Assembly: GCA_964016885.1 (NCBI GenBank)
Contig: CAXHJY010000817.1
Location: forward strand, 1-20,834
Origin: Eledone cirrhosa
Taxonomy: Eukaryota
DNA: 20,834 bases
Direction: 5' to 3'
The translations under genes and the position numbers were made by a program. A model generated the notes under the pieces. It worked only from the letters and a program-made list of their open reading frames with translations. It had not been told where the DNA came from and searched no databases. Of this stretch, positions 7,511 through 20,834 are shown piece after piece (within the stretch, counting starts at the first letter, position 1; the number at the start of each line of letters is the position of its first letter).

Positions 7511-10500
7511 ATCATCATCATCATCATCATCATCAACGTTTAACGTCCGTGTTCCACGCTTGCATGGGTTTGGACGGGGGTAGTCCCACTTGAGGCAAGA
7601 GTGATTGTCTTGCTCGCATAGGACTGTCTGGCAGGTTTTCTACAGTTGGATGCCCTTCCTAACACCAACCACATTTACAGTGTGGGTCTGGGAGGTTTTT
7701 ACCGTGTTGCCTACACGGCCACATTACAGCGTGGACTGTGTGTTTTTTTGTCGTGACACCTACACGATCTCATTTGTTTCGGCCTCGATGGCGCGGCACC
7801 AACATAACTTTACATAGAACGGGGTGGTGTGGATCGGGTGGGGGTGGTGGTGGTGGGACGGGGTGTATTTTGTTAGAGATGCCTACTGGCTGGAGTAGGT
7901 TTTACTATATATTTAGGTAAGGCGGGTCTTCTCTGTTACTGAGTACCGCCAAAGGTCTCGGTCCAGTGACATTGTCTTGGAGAGGTGTAAGTGTGTGATG
8001 TCGGAGTTTATCAGCTCGTCCCAGGTTTTTCTAGGTCTGCCTATTCCGTGACTACCGTCTATCTTTATTGCCCTGCACTTTGTTATACAGCTATCGACTT
8101 TCATGCGCATCACGTGTCCATACCAACGTAGCCTTCTCTCGAGTAAACAACATCTGATCCCTCTTATCTCTAATTTTTTCCTTAGTTCGTTTATGCTTTG
8201 CCGTTCACGTATATTACTGTTACACATCCAGCGGAGCATGCAAGCTTCGTTCCTCTCTAGTCTGCGTATATCCTCTGCACACAATGCCCAGGTCTCACTG
8301 CCATGCAGCATTGCTGTTCGTATGCAGGCATCATACAACCTGCCTTTCATTTTTAGGGAGAACCCTTTAGCAGCTAATAGTGGTATAAGTTCTCTGAACT
8401 TTTTCCAACCAGTTCTGACTCTAGCTACAGTACTTTCAGAGCACCCTCCCCCACTGCTGATTTTATCGCCCAGGTAACGGAAGCTGTCCACTATTTCTAT
8501 AGAACCCTCTGCGCAATTGAAAGAGCTAGTAGTTTGTGGGCACTTGCTGCTACTTATTGCACCAGAGCACCGGCCACATGTAAAATCTATGTTCTTAGTT
8601 AGCTTACCTGTGATCCCACTACATCTTTTATGCACCCATACTTTGCATTTAGGACATAAAATGGAGTTTCTACCTACGCCTTTCCTACACACCGAGCACG
8701 ACCATTTCCCAGAAGGGACCGCCGCCTTGTTTTCTTTCCTACAAACTAGTACTTTGGTCTTAGCCAGGTTAATTTTAAGTCCTTTTGACTCTAGGCCGTG
8801 CTTCCATGTTTGGAATTTCTTCTCTAGCTCGGCCATTGATTCCGCTATGAGTGTCAGGTCGTCTGCATATAGGAGTTCCCATGGGCAGCCTGTCTTGAAC
8901 TCCTCTGTTATAGCCTGAAGGGCAATAATAAATAGTAGTGGACTGAGAACAGAGCCCTGATGGACGCCAACTTTTATGCTAAACTCTTCACTATATTCGT
9001 TGTTAATTCTAACCTTGCTGACTGTTTCTTTATACATGGCTTGTATAGCCCTCACAAGCCATTCGTCAACGCCTAGTTTTCTAAGAGCCCACCAGATAAT
9101 GGAGCGGGGGACTCTGTCGAAGGCTTTCTCCAAGTCGACAAAAGCTAAGTAGAGGGGTTTACCTTTAGCTAGGTACTTCTCCTGTAGTTGTCGTACTATG
9201 AAAAGAGCGTCTGTGGTACTTTTGCCTGACACAAACCCGAACTGCATTTCATCTAGGTCAATTCTCTCTCTGATTAGTTGCGCTATTACTTTTTCCGTGA
9301 CCTTCATGACCTGGTCGATTAATTTAATGCCTCTATAGTTACTCCTATCTAGGGCGTCTCCTTTACCCTTATAACAGTTAACGATGATGCTGCTATGCCA
9401 GTCCTTCGGAACAACTCCATTCTGTACGACTTGGTTAACTATGCGGGTGACCATGGTGTGTCCCACCGTGCCAGATGCCTTCAGCATCTCAGCAACTATT
9501 TCCGAAGGCCCAGCCGCCTTACCAGTCTTCATATCCTTGATTGCCTTACTTATTATACTCCCCTCGACTAACACTGCTGGTCCCTCTATTGGGTCGATAT
9601 GGGGGAGACTGCCTTTCTCCCAATTATTCTCCTCATTTAGTAGCCTTTCATAGTGACACTTCCAAGCTACCTTCTTATCAGCGTCGGTGATGGCAAGTGT
9701 GCCATCGTCGTTTAGTACACACTTCTCCCCGACAATATCACGGTTTTCCTTGACGCATTGCCTAGCAATCCTGAACACCTCACGTTTTTGGTCATCGCGT
9801 TGTAGAACATGCTTGAACTTTCTTTCCTCAGCTTCCCTTCTTGCTAAGTACACTTGTCTCCTAGCTTCCCTCCTGGCCACTTGATAGTCCTCTCTACTTC
9901 CCCCATCCCGCCATACTTTCCAAGCCTGCTTTTTGGCCTTAATTGACCCCTCCACCTTACTGTTCCACCACCATGTTACTCTCCTCCTGCCTACAGGCCT
10001 GCTCCAGCCACAGACTTCGTCTGTCGCCAACAGCAGGTTTGCTTTCAGAAATTCCCACTCTCCCTCTATATTGTCCGACTCTAAATGTTCTTCCTTACTG
10101 TCGAAAGCATCAAGTAATATGCTTTGAAATTTATTCCTGGCTGTGGGGTCCTTTAGCTTCCATATTTTCCTCCTGAGGATAGTCCTCTTCTGTTGTCGAG
10201 TACGTCTCGTCCTGACTATGAGGTCGCTAATTATCAGTCTATGTTGGGAGGTGCATTCTTCATGGGGGAGGGATTTAGTGTTTACAACAGACACTCTGTC
10301 ACGTCTTCTGGTAAGGATATAATCTACCTGGCTTGTGTGTTCCCCGGATCTATAGGTGATCAGGTGATTGTCACGTTTTTTGAAGTTAGTGTTACAGATA
10401 GTTAGGTTATTTGCATCACAGAATTCCAGGATTCTGGAGCCTTCCTCATTTCTAGTACCAAACCCATAGCCTCCATGGATTTCGTCGTAGCCGTCACAAT

Positions 10501-11010
10501 GTTGTCCAACGTGACCATTTAGGTCGCCTGCGATAATTATATAGTCACTGTCGGATATTTGGGAGGTAGTTAGCATCAGTGTCTCATAGAATCTGTCTTT
10601 TATAGTGTCGGGCAGTCCGGATTGGGGTGCGTACGCAGATATTACTGTCACCGTAGTTCTATTGAGGACAAGTCGTATTTTAATTATTCTGTCGTTCACT
10701 CTATTTACGTCTATTATCTTATCTGCCCACTTTTCTGCTACCATGATTCCTACTCCACCCAGCCCATCGTCGTTTCCCACCCAGAAAAGCTTATAACATC
10801 GTTTTTTACCCTCAATGAACCTAGCAGACCCACCCCTCCACCTGGTCTCTTGAATACAACAAACATCGACCTCCTTACGTTCAAGCATTTCTACAACCTC
10901 GTTAGCGCGACCCTTTAGGGTGCCTACATTTATGGTACCAACTCTGAGGTTTTGGATTGCGTTTGGGGGTTGGGGGCGGTGAGGGGCGGGGGGCGATGGG
11001 CGATGGGCGA
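7511..11010 (-). mobile_element. Near full-length RTE-clade LINE, family A copy A3
   Basis: (ATC)8 at 7511-7534 is the (GAT)n tail; about 378-nt 3' UTR; single long APE+RT ORF; 5' end joins the TA array through (gggcgat)3 at 10991-11011. Confidence 0.97.
7913..10888 (-). CDS. RTE polyprotein: AP-like endonuclease + reverse transcriptase with inserted PHD-type C4HC3 finger (frame stays open upstream to about 11008)
   Basis: APE motifs [38 protein letters not shown] motifs [52 protein letters not shown]-type C-terminus [11 protein letters not shown] and GRPRKTW. No stops or frameshifts. The in-frame upstream sequence encodes the first APE motif [14 protein letters not shown]. Confidence 0.95.
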   Translation of the reverse strand: MLERKEVDVCCIQETRWRGGSARFIEGKKRCYKLFWVGNDDGLGGVGIMVAEKWADKIIDVNRVNDRIIKIRLVLNRTTVTVISAYAPQSGLPDTIKDRFYETLMLTTSQISDSDYIIIAGDLNGHVGQHCDGYDEIHGGYGFGTRNEEGSRILEFCDANNLTICNTNFKKRDNHLITYRSGEHTSQVDYILTRRRDRVSVVNTKSLPHEECTSQHRLIISDLIVRTRRTRQQKRTILRRKIWKLKDPTARNKFQSILLDAFDSKEEHLESDNIEGEWEFLKANLLLATDEVCGWSRPVGRRRVTWWWNSKVEGSIKAKKQAWKVWRDGGSREDYQVARREARRQVYLARREAEERKFKHVLQRDDQKREVFRIARQCVKENRDIVGEKCVLNDDGTLAITDADKKVAWKCHYERLLNEENNWEKGSLPHIDPIEGPAVLVEGSIISKAIKDMKTGKAAGPSEIVAEMLKASGTVGHTMVTRIVNQVVQNGVVPKDWHSSIIVNCYKGKGDALDRSNYRGIKLIDQVMKVTEKVIAQLIRERIDLDEMQFGFVSGKSTTDALFIVRQLQEKYLAKGKPLYLAFVDLEKAFDRVPRSIIWWALRKLGVDEWLVRAIQAMYKETVSKVRINNEYSEEFSIKVGVHQGSVLSPLLFIIALQAITEEFKTGCPWELLYADDLTLIAESMAELEKKFQTWKHGLESKGLKINLAKTKVLVCRKENKAAVPSGKWSCSVCRKGVGRNSILCPKCKVWVHKRCSGITGKLTKNIDFTCGRCSGAISSSKCPQTTSSFNCAEGSIEIVDSFRYLGDKISSGGGCSESTVARVRTGWKKFRELIPLLAAKGFSLKMKGRLYDACIRTAMLHGSETWALCAEDIRRLERNEACMLRWMCNSNIRERQSINELRKKLEIRGIRCCLLERRLRWYGHVMRMKVDSCITKCRAIKIDGSHGIGRPRKTWDELINSDITHLHLSKTMSLDRDLWRYSVTEKTRLT

Positions 11011-11586
<576 letters not shown>

Positions 11587-11764
11587 TATATATATATATA
11601 TATATGTATGTATATGTATATATATATGTATATATATATGTATATATATATATATGTATGTACATATTTCTGTATATATATATATGTGTATATATATGTA
11701 TATATATGTATATATATATATATGTATATATATATGTATATATATATATGTATATATATATATG

Positions 11765-11815
<51 letters not shown>

Positions 11816-11975
11816 GTATGTATATATATATATGTATATATATATATATGTATATATATATATGTATATATATATATATGTATATATATATATGTATATA
11901 TGTGTGTGTATATATATATATATATATGTATACATATGTATATATATATATATGTATATATATGTATATGTATAT
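11587..11975. repeat. (TA)nTG microsatellite block
   Basis: Alternating TA with TG; rare variant gtacatatttctgta at 11660-11674. Confidence 0.97.
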
Positions 11976-14167
11976 AAAGAAGAACAGATAGAGACATTTA
12001 ATGTAGAAGAGAACTGGGAGTTCCTAAAAAATAACTTACTAGAGGCGACGGATGAGGTTTGTGGCTGGAGTAAGACCTCAAGCAGGAGGAGAGTGACTTG
12101 GTGGTGGAACAATAAGGTAGATGAAGCAGTCAAGGCCAAGAGACAGGCATGGAAAGAATGGAAGAACGGGAGGAGCAGGGTACATTACATAGAGACCAAG
12201 AGGGAAGCTAGGCGACAAGTATACTTAGCTAGGAGGGAAGCAGAGGATAGAAAATTCAAGCATGTTTTACAACGTGAGGACCAGAAACAGGAGGTATTCA
12301 AGATTGCGAGGCAGTGTGTCAGAGATAGTTGTGATGTCATTGGAGAGAAGTGTATCCGGAATGATAAATGTGAGCTTGCCCTCACAAGTGCTGAGAAGAA
12401 AGATGCATGGAAGAGTCATTATGATAGATTACTAAATGAGGAGAATGCATGGGAAGAAGAGACCCTACCCCAAGTAGACCCTATAGAGGGACCAGCAGTA
12501 CAAGTCAGCAGCAGCGTAGTAAGTAAGGCAATCAAAGATATGAAGATGGGGAAGGCAACCGGTCCATCGGGTATAGCTGCCGAGATGCTGAAGGCATCTG
12601 GGTCTGTAGGTCACACTATACCCACACGTATCGTTAACCAGGTAATACTAGAAGGGGCCATACCAAAAGATTGGTGCAGTAGCATCATTGTCCAACTGCT
12701 ACAAAGGTAAAGGCGATGCACTAGATAGAGGAAACTATAGAGGTATAAAGTTGATGGACCAGGTCATGAAAGTAACAGAAAGAGTTATAGCACAGCTGAT
12801 TAGGGACCAGGTGAATATAGACGAGATGCAATTTGGGTTTGTACCAGGGAAAGGCATCACTGATGCCCTCTTCCTTGTGAGGCAATTACAGGAAAAGTAC
12901 CTAGCTAAAAAGTAAGCCACTCTGCTTGGCATTTGTCGACCTTGAGAAAGCCTTTGACAGAGTTCCACGTGCAGTAATCTGGTGGGCTCTTAGAAAACTA
13001 GGAGTAGATGAATGGCTTGTGAAAGCGGTACAAGCCATGTATAGGGGAGCAGTCAGCAAAGTTAGGATTGGCAATGAGTATAGCGAGGAATTTAGCGTAC
13101 AGGTTGGGGTCCACCAGGGCTCTGTTCTTAGCCCTCTCCTGTTCATCATAGTCCTGCAGGCAATAACGCAGGAGTTTAAGACCGGATGCCCATGGGAACT
13201 CCTGTATGCTGATGACCTCGCACTCATAGCTGAGTCTATGGTAGAACTAGAGAATAAATTCCAAACCTGGAAGCAGGGACTAGAGAGAAAGGGCCTCAAA
13301 GTCAACATGACAAAGACTAAGGTCCTTATAAGTAGACGAGAAAACAGAACCCAGATCCCCTCAGGGAAATGGCCTTGCTCAGTATGTAGGAAAGGTGTAG
13401 GTAGGAACTCCATTCTCTGCCCCAAATGCAAACAATGGGTACACAAGAGATGTAGCGGGATCTCAGGAAGCTTAATTAAGAATGTAGGATTCACATGCAG
13501 CAGCTGTGCTGAAACAGCAAGCAAACAGCCACAGGAAACAAGTACCACCAATCTCTGGGAGGGCCCTGTAGAAACAGTAGACAGCTTCTGCTACCTAGGT
13601 GACCGAATTAGCAACGGAGGTGGGTGCTCAGAAAGTACAATAACTAGGGTAAGAACGGGATGGAAGAAGTTTAGGGAACTACTACCACTGCTAGCTGCAA
13701 AAGGCTTCTCCCTCAGAATGAAAGGCAGACTGTATGATGCGTGTATCCGAACAGCGATGTTGCATGGTAGTGAGACCTGGGCGCTGAAGGTGGAAGACTT
13801 ACGTAGATTAGAGAGAAACGAAGCCTGCATGCTCTGATGGATGTGTAAAAGTAATATACGTGAACGACAAAGCATAAAGGAATTGAGAGAGAGACTGAGC
13901 ATAAGAGAAATCAAATGCTGCGTGCAGGAGAGGCGGTTATGCTGGTATGGACATGTGATGCGTATGAAGGATGACAGCTGCATAAAAAGGTGCAGAGCAC
14001 TAGAAGTTGATGGAAACCGCGGAGTGGGGAGACCCAAGATGACTTGGGATGAGGTGATAAAAGCCGACCTTACCCAACTACACCTCTCAAAGTCAATGAC
14101 ACACGACCGTGACTTCTGGCGTCACGCAGTAATACAGGGTACCCGACCTCCCATGGGTACATGCTGA
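11976..14167 (+). pseudogene. Disrupted RTE reverse transcriptase with PHD-type finger (13376-13507)
   Basis: Four consecutive ORF pieces separated by +1 frameshifts near 12692 and 12910 and by an in-frame TGA at 13835-13837 where the other families have Arg. Confidence 0.9.
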
Positions 14168-14472
14168 AGCATATAAACAATATGCCCCCGCTCCCCCCAC
14201 CGCAAGGTGGTCGTGGAGGTGCCACGGCAAAAAAGCACCCAGCCCACACTGTAAAGTGGACGTGTAGGCGCCACGAAAAAGCACCCACCACTCACTGTAA
14301 ATGAGGTTGGTGTTAGGAAGGGCATCCAGCTGTAGAAATCAAGCCAGATCAGTTCCTGTATGAGCAAGGCATGGTCAGCCGACCAGACACTGCCCACAAC
14401 AGGACAACCCGTCTAACCCATGCTAGCGTGGAAGAACGGACGTAAAACGGTGATGATGATGATGATGATGAT
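11976..14472 (+). mobile_element. RTE family B, 5'-truncated copy lacking the endonuclease, (GAT)7 tail
   Basis: Collinear with family A from [18 protein letters not shown] to the C-terminus but clearly diverged; 284-nt 3' UTR; ends ...ggacgtaaaacggt(gat)7. Confidence 0.95.
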
Positions 14473-16488
<2,016 letters not shown>

Positions 16489-18983
16489 CCAACGAGGTGC
16501 CACAAAAAACGTCCTAGACTTAATTTTCAGCAATCACACTGACAATATCCACAATATTGCAGTGGAGAAAAACTCTACTCTCTGATCATGACATGGTTCT
16601 CTGTGATCTGAGATTCCACCGTCCAATATACAAACCCAATGTCATCTCTCCTGTCCATCCGTTTGACGCTATGGATTTCCACAATGCAAACTGGGAAGCG
16701 ATCAGTCATGATCTTGCACATGTCGACTGGTCCCTTCACGCACACTCATACACCCACTAACATCAAAAAGTCCTGGCAGGCATTTGTGGACACTGTTACA
16801 AAACATATGTGCTAAAACACACCCCATTAAGAACTATAAACAAATCTAAGAGCAGAATCCCTAGAAATAGAAAAAACGCTCATCAGAAAAATTAAGAGAA
16901 CGAACAAAAAAATCAACAAGCTGAAAATACTGTCAGCAGCAACACATCAACTTGACTGCCATTTCATCACTAGAGATTAAAAAACATAACCTCCAAAAAC
17001 AACATAATGTCCCTCATCAACAATCAGAGAAGAGCTGAAGAGGCCTGGGCCATTGAGAAGATCAAAACTCAATCCCAAAGTGTTCTTTTCATTTGCAAAA
17101 AAAACACAAAATCACTGGCTCTACTGTTGGCCCTCTAATTGATGAAAAATGGCACTCTTCAAGACAATGCTAAAACCATGGGTGAGATACTGCAGAAACA
17201 ATACTGCTCTGTTTTTCAGCAATCCTGATATGGCCGATCTGGGCTGTAATCGGCGATGTTTACTCCCCATTACACCTTATCGGACATAACGTTTTGGCGC
17301 CCCTGATGTCCTTGGCGGCAATAAAGGAAATCAAGCATAATTCAGCAGTAGGTTCCCGATAGGTTCCCTGCTTGTGTCTTGAAGGCGTGTCAACACCAAC
17401 TTGCTTCTCCTCTTGCCAATCTGTGGCGGAACTCACTGGATGCTGGATATGTGCCAGAAAACCTTCTATCCCAGTCTGTTGTCCCAGTTTTCAAAAAGGG
17501 AAAACAAATCCCTTGCCGTGAATTACCGTCCAATCTCACTCACCTCTCATATCATTAAGGTATTTGAGAGAGTGGTGAGATCGCGAATGACCCACTTCCT
17601 TGAGAGTAAACAATATGCTGAACTCCAACCAGCATGGATTCCGTAATGGAAGGGATTGCCTGACGCAAACTACTGCATCACTTTGATGACATTTTGAGAG
17701 CCTTGGGAGAGGGTTCCAACACTGATGTTATCTACCTTGATTTCAGCAAGGCCTTTGACAGGGTTGATCATAACATTCTACTGAGAAAAGCTGTCCAATA
17801 TTGGTGTCACTGGAAAGCTGCTGCAGTGGAGCAAGAGCTTCCTGTCAAACAGAACCCAACATGTTGTGGTTGAGGGAGTCAAATCAAGCCCAGCCAAAAG
17901 TCAGTAGTGGAGTCCCACAAGGCACTGTGTTGGGCCCACTTCTCTTCATCATCTATATTAATGACATCACTGACATCATCAAACACAGCAACATTAAAAA
18001 TTTTCGCTGATGATTCCAAGCTCCAAAAGGTCATCAATGGCGTGGATGACCGGATAAGCCTTCAGTCAGACCTACTGGCTGTTACCCAATGGGCAGAAAA
18101 GAACAACATGTTACTGAACGAAGACAAATTCGAACTGATCCACTTTGGAAAGAGGATGCTCTGAAAACTCCCGTACTCCCTTCCCTCCGGGGAAAACTCT
18201 CGTGGCATCTAACAACATCAGAGACTTGGGAGTAACCGTGGACAGCAACATAAGCTGGACCACGCATATAAGCAGCAAAGTTGACATGGCTCGCAGAATG
18301 TGTTCCTGGATCCTCAGAAACCTTCCAGTCGAGAGATTCCCGCACCATTATCCTTCTCTTCTCTACTTTCGCCTGACCACACCTTGAATACTGTTGTCCA
18401 CTGTGGTCTCCCCACACGAAACAAAGTATCATGAAACTTGAAGCTCCTCAAAGGGCAATCACGAAAAAAGATAGATGGCATGTCAGACCTTGACTACTGG
18501 GGTCGATTGGAAAAACCTGAAACTTTACTCACTCCAACGTCGCCGTGAGCGTTATATTATCTGCATGATGTGGAAAATGTTCCATCATCACTGCCCAAAT
18601 GATGTTGGCATCGCCTTCAAGATACACCCAAGGCTTGGGCCCCGTGCTATCCGTCCCATTCAAAAATCTAAATCGCAACTCATAAACAACAATACGGCAC
18701 AATTATTTCACCTCAATCGGCCCTGCTCTCTTCAACATCACACCAGGACACGTCAAAACAGAAAACTGACCACACAAAATTCAAGAAGTCTTTGGACCAA
18801 ATTCCTCCAAGTAATCCCGGACAAACACCCACACCCGGATATGTCTCCGCAAACAGTAATTCTCTTCTCGAATGGGCTATGGTGCCCAAATCCTGAATTG
18901 AAAGACTTCGCCAGGTGGTGCTATTAAGTTAGACATGGCCTGGGCCAATACTGGCCAAAACATTTCAAAGTTATTTCAAAGTT
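16489..18983 (+). mobile_element. CR1-group (CR1/L2/Crack/Daphne-like) LINE, 5'-truncated ORF2 with many frameshifts
   Basis: Across frames: APE end [18 protein letters not shown]; RT NYRPISLTSHIIKVFERVV, QHGFRNGR, YLDFSKAFDRVDH, SGVPQGTVLGPLLFIIYINDI, FADDSKL, RDLGV; C-terminal HLEYCCPLWSP, LYSLQRRRERY. The 3' end has a ggcca-atac-tggcc hairpin and (atttcaaagtt)2 at 18962-18983. The exact clade cannot be fixed by eye. Confidence 0.88.
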
Positions 18984-19054
18984 ATATATATATATATATA
19001 TATGTATATGTATATATATATATGTATATGTATATATATATTATATATGTATGT

Positions 19055-19088
<34 letters not shown>

Positions 19089-19166
19089 GTATGTATATTA
19101 TATGTATATATATGTGTATATGTATATATATATATATATGTATGTATATATATGTATATATATGTG

Positions 19167-19210
<44 letters not shown>

Positions 19211-19383
19211 TATATATATATGTATATATATGTATATGTATATATATTATATATATATGTATATGTATATGTATATATATATATGTATATGTATATATAT
19301 GTATATATATATATATATATGTATGTATATATATATATGTATGTATATATATGTATATGTATAATATATATATATATGTATGT

Positions 19384-19436
<53 letters not shown>

Positions 19437-19442
19437 TATATG

Positions 19443-19477
<35 letters not shown>

Positions 19478-19560
19478 GTATATATATATATGTATATATA
19501 TGTATATATATATGTGTATATATATATATATGTATATATAATATATGTATATATATTATG

Positions 19561-19611
<51 letters not shown>

Positions 19612-19643
19612 GTATATAATATATATATGTATATATATATATG

Positions 19644-19676
<33 letters not shown>

Positions 19677-19819
19677 GAATATATATATTATATATGTAAT
19701 ATATATATATGTATATATATATATGTATATATATATGTATATATATGTATATATATATATGTATATATATATATGTATATATATATATGTATATATATGT
19801 ATATATATGTATATATATG

Positions 19820-19871
<52 letters not shown>

Positions 19872-19883
19872 TGTATATATATG

Positions 19884-19953
<70 letters not shown>

Positions 19954-20073
19954 TGTATATATATGTATATATATATATATGTATATATATGTATATATAT
20001 GTATATATATGTATATATATATATATGTATATATATGTATATATATGTATATATATATATATGTATATATATG

Positions 20074-20149
<76 letters not shown>

Positions 20150-20174
20150 GTATATATATATGTATATATATATG

Positions 20175-20223
<49 letters not shown>

Positions 20224-20235
20224 GTATATAATATG

Positions 20236-20282
<47 letters not shown>

Positions 20283-20475
20283 GTATATATATATATATGT
20301 ATATATATATATGTGTATATATATATGTATATATATATATGTATATATATATATGTATATATATATATGTATATATATATATGTATATATATATATGTAT
20401 ATATATATATGTATATATATATGTATATATATATGTATATATGTATATATATATGTATGTATATATATATGTATG

Positions 20476-20542
<67 letters not shown>

Positions 20543-20543
20543 G

Positions 20544-20590
<47 letters not shown>

Positions 20591-20669
20591 TATGTATATA
20601 TGTATATATGTATATATATATATGTATATATATGTATTATATATATATATGTATATATATTATATATAT

Positions 20670-20728
<59 letters not shown>

Positions 20729-20770
20729 TATGTATATATATATATGTATATATATGTATATGTATGTATT

Positions 20771-20801
<31 letters not shown>

Positions 20802-20834
20802 ATATAATGTATTTATATGTATGTATATATATGT
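18984..20834. repeat. (TA)nTG microsatellite block running off the window end
   Basis: Alternating TA with TG. Confidence 0.98.

Noticed and set aside
7490-7534. Target-site duplications for the LINE copies
   Set aside because: Flanks are TA repeats on both sides, so any short match is uninformative.
8103-10918. Plus-strand ORFs antisense to the RTE ORF (and equivalents opposite A1, A2, B and C)
   Set aside because: Shadow frames of the real RT/APE ORF; they recur only because the element is repeated.
13209-13215. Other CTGATGA matches (here and at 18007) as possible hammerhead cores
   Set aside because: They are the codons of the YADD/FADD motif, and I found no flanking stems with a suitably placed GAAA.

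Overview
Eukaryotic, gene-free repeat DNA. About 7.8 kb (roughly 38%) is a degenerate (TA)n/(TA)nTG microsatellite, and nested retroelements make up nearly all the rest. There are five RTE-clade non-LTR retrotransposon copies from three families, all ending in (GAT)n tails. One of them (7511-11010, minus strand) is near full length with an uninterrupted APE endonuclease + reverse transcriptase frame. The RT of families A and B carries a C4HC3 PHD-type zinc finger inserted between the YADD and YLG motifs. A 5'-truncated CR1-group LINE lies at 16489-18983. The short AT-rich islands that the ORF track does not explain contain three type I hammerhead ribozymes from two families, with short palindromic stem III as in Penelope-like elements, plus an inverted half-copy of one of them. 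The RTE 3' UTRs look like tandem hairpin/pseudoknot modules with compensatory changes. The Y/I/M/C/V-rich ORFs are microsatellite artefacts. The RTE 3' end resembles abundant octopus/cephalopod repeats from my recollection; this is an unverified inference.
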